Assembly: GCF_001194135.2 (NCBI RefSeq)
Contig: NC_068992.1
Coordinates: forward strand, 42,336,266 to 42,379,931
DNA length: 43,666 bases
Reading direction: 5' to 3'
Source: Octopus bimaculoides
Lineage: Eukaryota
The position numbers and the translations under genes are program-made. Below are positions 35,863 to 43,666 of this stretch, piece after piece; the first letter of the stretch is position 1, and each line of letters opens with the position of its first letter. The notes below the pieces were generated by a model. The model was given only the letters and a program-made list of their open reading frames with translations, searched no databases and was not told the origin of the DNA.

Positions 35863-36309
35863 GATATTTCGCCCTGTCTTTACGTTCTGCGTTCAAATTC
35901 CGCCGAGGTCGACTTTGCATTTCATTCTTTCGGGGGCGATAAATTAAATACAAGTTGCGTACTGGGTCGATCTAATCGACCGGCCCCCTCTCCAAAAATC
36001 TCGGGCCTTGTGCCTAGAGTAGAAAATAATCCTAGTCTTCTTCGCCTGACGAACGGGGAAGCACGAGCTGATGAAGTACCAACTGCTTTATTGAGTTTCA
36101 ACGGGGTTGAGATTAACCAGCCATGAGATTAACTAGCCATGAAATTTGGAGTAACTATTTTAGGGTATATCCATTCACCAACAAATTTCAGGGTGAGACA
36201 TCGATCAATTTGTCAACTGTGACGGCGAAATATTTGCATTATTCGATATCCACACCCATTTTTTTTTGTTTTTGTTTTTTATCTTTTTCTTGCTTTTAGT
36301 CTTAGTCTG

Positions 36310-36664
36310 TCGCTAAGTCTGAGGCAGCACTTCGAATTTTCAGTCGAACAATTCGACCCCAGTGCATTTTTTAAAGCCTGGCACTTATTTTACAGGGCAG
36401 TGCACACACCAACACCGGTTGTTGAGCGGTAGTGAAGAAACAAAAACACAAAGATACATACATGCCTGCACACACATAAATACACATACACACGCGTATA
36501 TACACAATGGGCTTCTTTCAGTTTCCGCCAACCAAATCCTCTCATAAAGCTTTGGTCGGCCTTAAGCTATATTACAAGACACTTGCCCAAGGTTCCACGC
36601 AGTGGAACTGAACCTGGAACTATATGGTTGGAAAGCAAACTACTTACAATATAGCCACGCTTCT
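36310..36664 (-). mobile_element. SINE family A, near full-length, degenerate
   Basis: Head/body 36505-36664 (GGGCTTCTTTCAGTTTCC...GACACTTGCCCAAGG...CAGTGGAACTGAACC) plus tail 36310-36450. Confidence 0.85.
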
Positions 36665-36799
36665 CATCTTTAAAATTTTTGTCTCAATAAACTCAAAATG
36701 AGACTGGAGACTTGCATGAATAATTGCCTTTTCGATACGAAAGCTACACCGAAATATTTTAGTTTTGTTTTATTGGGGGAAAAAAGGACATTATATACA

Positions 36800-37480
36800 A
36801 ACCCTCACAGAAGAAGCTGATGCAATCGAAGATCAGGAAGGCACAACAATGGACAGCCTGTTACAAACTAAAGAAAGTCTGGAACTCTAAATTGCACGAG
36901 CAAATCAAAAACGTGCTGGTCATTGCAACTGTCGAATCAATGTTATATGGCAGTAAAAGTCGGCGAGCTGGCAGAATCGTTAACACGCCGGGTGAAATGC
37001 TTAGCGGTATTTTGTCTGTCACCACGTTCTGAGTTCAAATTCCGCTGTGGTCGACTTTGCCTTTCATCCTTACGGGGGCGATAAATTAAGTACCAGTGAA
37101 ACACTGGTGCCTATAGTAGAAAGGATTATATGGCAGTGAAACATGGAGACTGAGAAAGAAATCATCAAACAGCCTAAATGGATGCTACACAAGGATGCTA
37201 TGAATGGTTCCAAACGTGAAATGGTAGTAACATATGACAAATGAATGCCTATATAGAGACCTGCGAGAAAATCAAGCAATGACGTCTGCAACTATCTGGT
37301 CACTGGGTGTGCCAACCTGAAGTGAAACCATCCAAGTTAGTTTTGCGGAACTAAGTACATGGTGATGTAAGAAAGATGTCACCACGCTTAAATCGACAAC
37401 TTAATTGCAGACGCTGGCCTGGAAATGTATCCAGGATCTCGAGGCAGTGATGACGGACCGAGAAATGTAACAGGTGGATT
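36800..37480 (+). pseudogene. RTE-like LINE C-terminal fragment interrupted by a SINE
   Basis: SKIRKAQQWTACYKLKKVWNSKL...ATVESMLYGS [SINE] LYGSETWRLRKKSSNSLNGCYTRML*MVPNVKW**HMTNECLYRDL; LYGSETW is a typical RTE post-RT motif. Confidence 0.8.
36959..37125 (+). mobile_element. SINE family B, internally deleted, with 16-bp TSD
   Basis: TTATATGGCAGT(A/G)AAA at 36943-36958 and 37126-37141 (15/16 match). Confidence 0.9.
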
Positions 37481-37951
37481 TTGCTGCTGCAGTCCGGGTT
37501 GGAACCCGGCCAAAATAGTAAATCCCTTTATTTTCTCCGTTCAGCTGATAATATAGGCTGTCGATTCATTGGTGACCTCAGAAATAGTCGTCCATCTGCC
37601 TGTGTCAGAAATTGAAAGATGAAATAAGAGAGACAGAGATTTCCAGAGTTTGCAAACCAGGAAGCAAAACACTTCCCAGTATTTAGTCACGTCACGTGTG
37701 GTTCTGAGTTTGAATTCCATTGGGGCTCTTATTCTCTGGGGGACGTTCAAGTGCTGAGTCGAGAAATCAATAAATAACACAACTTTGGAATGGGTGGCAT
37801 TGTGTGTTGGTGAGAAGTATTTATTGCATTTGCAGAGAAAAAAAATGAATACTGTCTGAGCAGCTCCTGTATTTGTTTAAACAATGGTGTCTGAGAGAAT
37901 CCAGATCTATTGCTGATTTTCTTTCTTATAACCACACACATACGCTCAAAG

Positions 37952-37982
<31 letters not shown>

Positions 37983-38847
37983 CGTAGAGACAGACGGACA
38001 TAGAAAGTGAGAGAAAATGGGAGAGGGGAGAGAAAGAGAATAACTGCGTTCAATAAGTTGCTGATCTAAGCCAGAAGCTTATAGACGTTGAAGTATAAAC
38101 CAACAGATGATCTAGCAAGGTATCAGCTCATCACTTACAAACTCATTATCATTAGTCTAACGGTATTGTAGCAAAATCATTAAAATTCTTATAGAACAGA
38201 AATGAGAATGATTTAGTAAATTCCTGTGAGTCTCTAAGCAAATATCTTACAAAAGAATGTAGTTTATGTTTGAACTGACTAATACTAATAAATGTTGCCT
38301 GTATTATCAATCACTTGTGTTTCCTATAAAATGACATCAGAGCGTATGTAGATCTAAGATCAAAGAACTGGCAATTGTATTTAGAGTTCTTTAGCCTTCT
38401 GTTAGAAGTGATATAAATTCATATAAATGCACATAAATATATTTTTAAAAACGTGGTGCGGTTTGAAATATTTCTTTAGCATATCGAACTGATTTCAAAC
38501 AATTGACTTGGTAGCAATATGTGATTATTCGTAGTCTAACATGAAAATAACAAAGAAATTCAGAAGCTTTTAAACAGTAAAAACTCGATTATATATTTAT
38601 TGGCGTCGTAAATTTAGAATTGTTCAGAGATTAAATCATTCATCAGCTTAGAAAACAATAGGTAATATATTGTTAATAAAATCTGAGTAGAAACAAATAT
38701 ACAAGAGGAAAATATAGGCTATTAGTCAAGAAGAGCGAGACGTTGCTGTGGATGCTAGATTAACAGCGAAACCTGTCGAATCTGTTTCACGTAGGTTACC
38801 GTAAAACTGAAAGTAATGTTATTGAAATCGATACGGTGTTTGTCGAA

Positions 38848-40260
38848 GATGGTGAGCTGGCAGAATTGTTATGATGTCAGGCGAAATGCTTAGCGGCACT
38901 TAGCGGCCTGTCTTTGCGTTCTCAGTTCATATTCCACTGAGATCGATTCTGTCTTTCATCCTTTCGGGGTCGTTAAAATAAGTACCAGTTAAGTACTAGA
39001 GTCGATCGAATAGACTTACACCATCCCCTAAATTGCTGACTTCGTACCAAAATTTGAAAGCTATGTAGAATTTATGGCGGCTAACTGGCAGAATATTTAA
39101 GACGCCTGATAAAGTGCTTAGCGGCATTGTGTCCGTCTTTGTTCTGGATTCAAATGCCGCTGAGGTCGACTTTGACTTTTATCCTTCATCTTTTTGGGGT
39201 CAATGAAATAAGTTGATCTCAGGGATCAATGTAATCGACTAATTCCACCCACAAGGTTTTGGTCAGCCTGGGGCTATAGTAGAAGGCACTTGCCCAAAGA
39301 GTCACGCAATGGGAGTGAACCCAGAACCATGAAAAGAATACTGGTTTCAAATTTCGGTACAAAGACAGCAATTTTGGGGAACACTACATTGACTCCAGTG
39401 TTCAAGTGGTACTTATTTTATCGACCCCAAAAGAGTGAATAGCAGAGTCAACCTTGGCAGAATTTGAAGTCAAAACGTAAATTTAGTCGAAATGGCGCTG
39501 AGCATTTTGCCCCACATGCTAACGATTCGGCCAACTTGCCGCTTTATAATCCTTTCTACAATAGGCCCAAGGATGAAAGGCAAAGTCACTAAGCATTTCG
39601 CCAGGCGTGCTAACGATTCGGCCAACACGCAGCCTTGCCGCCTTGTAATGGAAAACATAATAAGTTGGTATTTAAAACGGCCAACTAGCAGAATAATTAC
39701 CACTCCCGCAAAAAATGATTAGTAGTATTTCTTTCGGCTTTGCGCTCTAAGTTCAAATGCCACTGAGGTTAAATTTATCTTTTATCCTTTCAGAGTGTAT
39801 GAAATAAGGACCAAGTGAAGTACTGAGGTCAGTGTAAGTGACTAGCCCCCACCTAGTCCACCAAGCCTTGTGACTACAATGGAAATGATATTAATAAAAT
39901 ATTTCCTCCCAATATATTTCAATTTCCAATTTGTGCCAGTCACGAGGCCAAACATCCCTGAAAGTTTCATCCGAATCCATCCATCAGTTCTGGAGATATC
40001 TTGTCCACAGACAAACAAACAAAGAAACAAACGCGACTGAAAACAATATCCCCGCCTTCGCTAAGACGGAGGTAATAATAACGTAGTAATTTATTTTAGG
40101 CAACATGAAATGAAAAAAGAAGGTGGTGAGCTGGTGGAATCATTAGCACACCGGGGTCGATTTTGCCTTTAAATAAGTACCTGCTGAACATTGGAGTCGA
40201 TACAATCGACTTATACTATCCACGAAATGGCTGCCCTTGTACGAAAAATTGAAACTAATA
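38848..40260. mobile_element. dense cluster of SINE family B copies in both orientations plus a family A fragment
   Basis: Plus copies at about 38848, 39075, 39680 and 40120; minus copies at about 39335-39545 and 39545-39625; family A minus fragment at 39256-39331. Confidence 0.8.
39928..40078 (-). mobile_element. Helentron/DINE-1-like element, copy 2 (truncated)
   Basis: Near-identical to 19575-19718, including the terminal hairpin CCCGCCTT-CGCT-AAGACGGAGG. Confidence 0.6.
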
Positions 40261-41800
40261 TCAAACGAAAACAAAAATTAGATTTAGATTGAAAGAGCAC
40301 AACAGTTGCAGTTTAAAAGTGCATAAAGCTTTCTAGAATATGTTTTCTACCTCACATCGGTGGATGGTTGAATGTCACATAAGCAATTTTAGAAGGCAAT
40401 TTACACGTTAGTTTGTAAAATCAGATGAATGAGAGATTAGTGACATTGTGGAATATGAGAGCATCAAGTGTAATAAATCAGTTAACAGGACAGGAATGAA
40501 ATCGGTTTAGATTTGCAACAAGCTGAAGTTAAACTGGCTGCTAACACAGCCATTAATCAACCAGCGAAAAGACCATGTTGATATGCCGTTATATAGCGAA
40601 TTATTTCAGAGAGGGATTGTTATAAGCCTCGGCGATACATAATAAAGAGGCGTTGAATTAATAGAGGAGAGAGAAGGATTAGAGAAAATGTGCTGCGGCA
40701 TTTAGTTTATTCTCGTGGAGGTCAGAGTTCGATTCTCGCTTTACATTTTGGGTATAAAATATACGCGCTAGTAAATATTTTACAATAATTGACTTAGGAG
40801 TTGATACATAACCGGGTATGTGGACATTTAGCCGCTTGAATGTAGTGAGGCTTGATATAATCTATACCAGCAAACACTAAGCCAAAAATCTATTAAAATT
40901 ATTCCACACCTTAAGCCTAATGTTTCGCATGCAAGCATGCTCATCAGCGGACGGGGGAAAAAAAAGGAATTATGTATGCTACCGCCAAATATAACACTTC
41001 GGATTCGTGTAAAATTTTCTATGACAGATTAAATGAATTATCGTTTATCTATGAACTATTAATTCAAAAATTAGCGTTGAACGAACAAATAACCGGACGT
41101 AAAGTGTATTTGCAAATCTTATATAAATAATAACTGCGAATTAACATTTCATATACTAATACATGCATACATACATGGATGTGTGTGTGCAACACATTCA
41201 GATACACACACATACATAGATACTGACAAACATGCAGAGGAATTTATTCATATACTCAGCCTTCAAATCCCCCTTTATTTCACATTTCCCTTCACCCCAC
41301 TCCCGACCTTTCTTCCTCATTCTATTCCTCGTTCTATTCATTTTTTTACTCTGTTTCTCCTTCCACTTCTTGTTCACGTAAGAAACTAACGTGTTTCTGT
41401 TTCCCTTAACAGTTGCAGCCATTATTTTTAACCCACAAAACGCTGGGATGTGCATATACATGGTATGAACTCTTGGGCACTTTTTATGAAAATGAGACTA
41501 ACATGCACACATAAAAAAACAAATATATAATTAAAATATCTTCTTAGTATATAATTGTGGCAAGTTTTACATCATCTGTAAATTCATTAGTTCAACTATT
41601 AGTCTTCTAACATTCTGGGGGAGGGGATCGGAGCGTTTGAGAGACACTAGACCCCAACAAACGCCCATAAATTAAATGCATCTATCTGGGCCACAATCGT
41701 GGCCCATCGCGCTTTGTGTTAATTTAAGGACCTAAAACTCTGTTGTGTCATTCATTTCTCTCCTCTAAACTTCTCCTTGACGAAGTACTTTGTACGAAAC

Positions 41801-41831
<31 letters not shown>

Positions 41832-43030
41832 NNNNNNNNNNNNNNNNNNNNNNNNNNNNNNNNNNNNNNNNNNNNNNNNNNNNNNNNNNNNNNNNNNNNN
41901 NNNNNNNNNNNNNNNNNNNNNNNNNNNNNNNNNNNNNNNNNNNNNNNNNNNNNNNNNNNNNNNNNNNNNNNNNNNNNNNNNNNNNNNNNNNNNNNNNNNN
42001 NNNNNNNNNNNNNNNNNNNNNNNNNNNNNNNNNNNNNNNNNNNNNNNNNNNNNNNNNNNNNNNNNNNNNNNNNNNNNNNNNNNNNNNNNNNNNNNNNNNN
42101 NNNNNNNNNNNNNNNNNNNNNNNNNNNNNNNNNNNNNNNNNNNNNNNNNNNNNNNNNNNNNNNNNNNNNNNNNNNNNNNNNNNNNNNNNNNNNNNNNNNN
42201 NNNNNNNNNNNNNNNNNNNNNNNNNNNNNNNNNNNNNNNNNNNNNNNNNNNNNNNNNNTATATATATTTAAGAGCGTGTGAGAGGCAGAGATTTAGTAAC
42301 ACATTCAACCATAATTTGTCCGCCTTTTGCTTATATTATCATATATACGTTTATTTAAAACAAAACAAAAAAAACGTTTATGAATTCGTGCAGAAAGGAA
42401 GAACATGTGTTTGGGAACACGACTAACAACTGTGATTCTCTTCTAACTAGAACTGCTTCCAGCTTTTATTTCTGGACACACCATATCTCTCTTTTACATA
42501 TGTATTCCTATTTGTATTCCTGTTTGTATTTTATATTCCGTCGTTCTTACAGTCGTCTGTTTGCTTTTTGCGATTTAATATTTTTTACTTTATCTTACTT
42601 TCTTTTGATTTTAAACGGAAAATCATGTAAGCCATATTTATTTTAAGAGTTGCTCGCTGTCCAAAGTTTTCTTTCAGGCTTTAAATCCCTCATAAATCAT
42701 ATTTGCTCGCTAAATACATATTTCCGCTGCCTGCTGATAGTGTGAAAGCGTGCGAGGTAGAGTGTATGTGTGTGTATATACTTGTGCGTGTCTGAGTTGT
42801 GCAAATGTGTGTGCCTTGCGTGTGTGTTTGTTGTACGTGAATGTTGTGTGTGAGTGTTGTGTGTGAGTGTTGTGTGCGCATGCGTATAGCACATTCTGCT
42901 GCGTCTGTTATTTAAATTTTTATATTTTGCAGCGTTTCAAACAAAAAAAATTTGTTCATTTGATATTTTTCCATATATTATTTTTATTATTTTGTAAGTT
43001 TTGTTTGCCAAGTGTTATAAATACATATTC

Positions 43031-43074
<44 letters not shown>

Positions 43075-43084
43075 ACACACACAG

Positions 43085-43156
<72 letters not shown>

Positions 43157-43666
43157 GTAACACTATAAATAAACCAACGTTCATATGTGTATAAATGTCG
43201 CTGTGTATGTGTGGGTGTGGGTGTGTGTGTGTGAGAGAGAGAGAGATTATATGTGCGAGTAAACGTCTCGTTATGTATGCCTCTTCGGATTCGTCTGTAA
43301 AATGCTTCAACAAATATAGCCAAGTTTACAACGAGTTGAAGCTCTGCAAATGCATAAATAGACAAACATGTGTTTAAGTATGCACTTGAATATACGTGTT
43401 GGCACAACAAGAAGGAAACCTAACCTGGACTATAAACAATAACTCTTTTCAATACACACCCAAACGTACGCACACATACGAACAATCACACCTTTATACA
43501 TATATATACATATAAATATATACATATATGTACATGTGTGTGCATTTACACAAATGTACACACACACACGTATAGACACATATATATAATGCGCATATGC
43601 ATGGTGTTCCATAAGTACGAAATCTTATATACACACTCTCACACACATAAGTACAGTAATATATAT

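Larger units (their letters stand above)
35265..36030 (+). mobile_element. SINE family B split by an insertion
   Basis: Head to ...GCTTAGCGATATTTCGCC (35330) resumes at GATATTTCGCCCTGTCTTTACGTTCTGCGTTCAAATTCC (35863). Confidence 0.88.

Overview
Repeat-saturated, AT-rich animal genomic DNA, most likely intergenic or intronic sequence from an octopus draft assembly. This is inferred from the tRNA-derived SINE families, very dense (TA/CA/ATT/GATA) microsatellites and about 5.9 kb of N gaps that mostly abut microsatellites. No host protein-coding gene, rRNA, true tRNA or CRISPR array can be supported; nearly all listed ORFs are microsatellite or N read-through. Recognisable coding relics are all transposon-derived and decayed: (1) an L1/Tx1-like element (about 11750-13710, minus) keeping ORF1 with a CCHC knuckle and the ORF2 C-terminus but lacking endonuclease and RT; (2) a near full-length Tc1-type element (30759-31978) with TA flanks and DD36E-like spacing; (3) an internally deleted mariner (16260-17004); (4) two RTE-like LINE 3' fragments. 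The most interesting non-coding structure is a 532-bp head-to-head palindromic insertion (35331-35862) with an 11-bp target duplication. Each arm is a tRNA-like Pol III head, an (AAT/AAC)n linker and a tail carrying a minimal hammerhead-ribozyme-like motif of the type known from Penelope-like elements. A second repeat family (5745-6020, 20883-21080) carries a related minimal hammerhead-like motif. Also notable are a perfect 50-bp-arm hairpin (7997-8101) and a local inverted duplication flanked by 69-bp direct repeats (21490-22951). All family assignments come from manual translation and motif recognition, not database searches.
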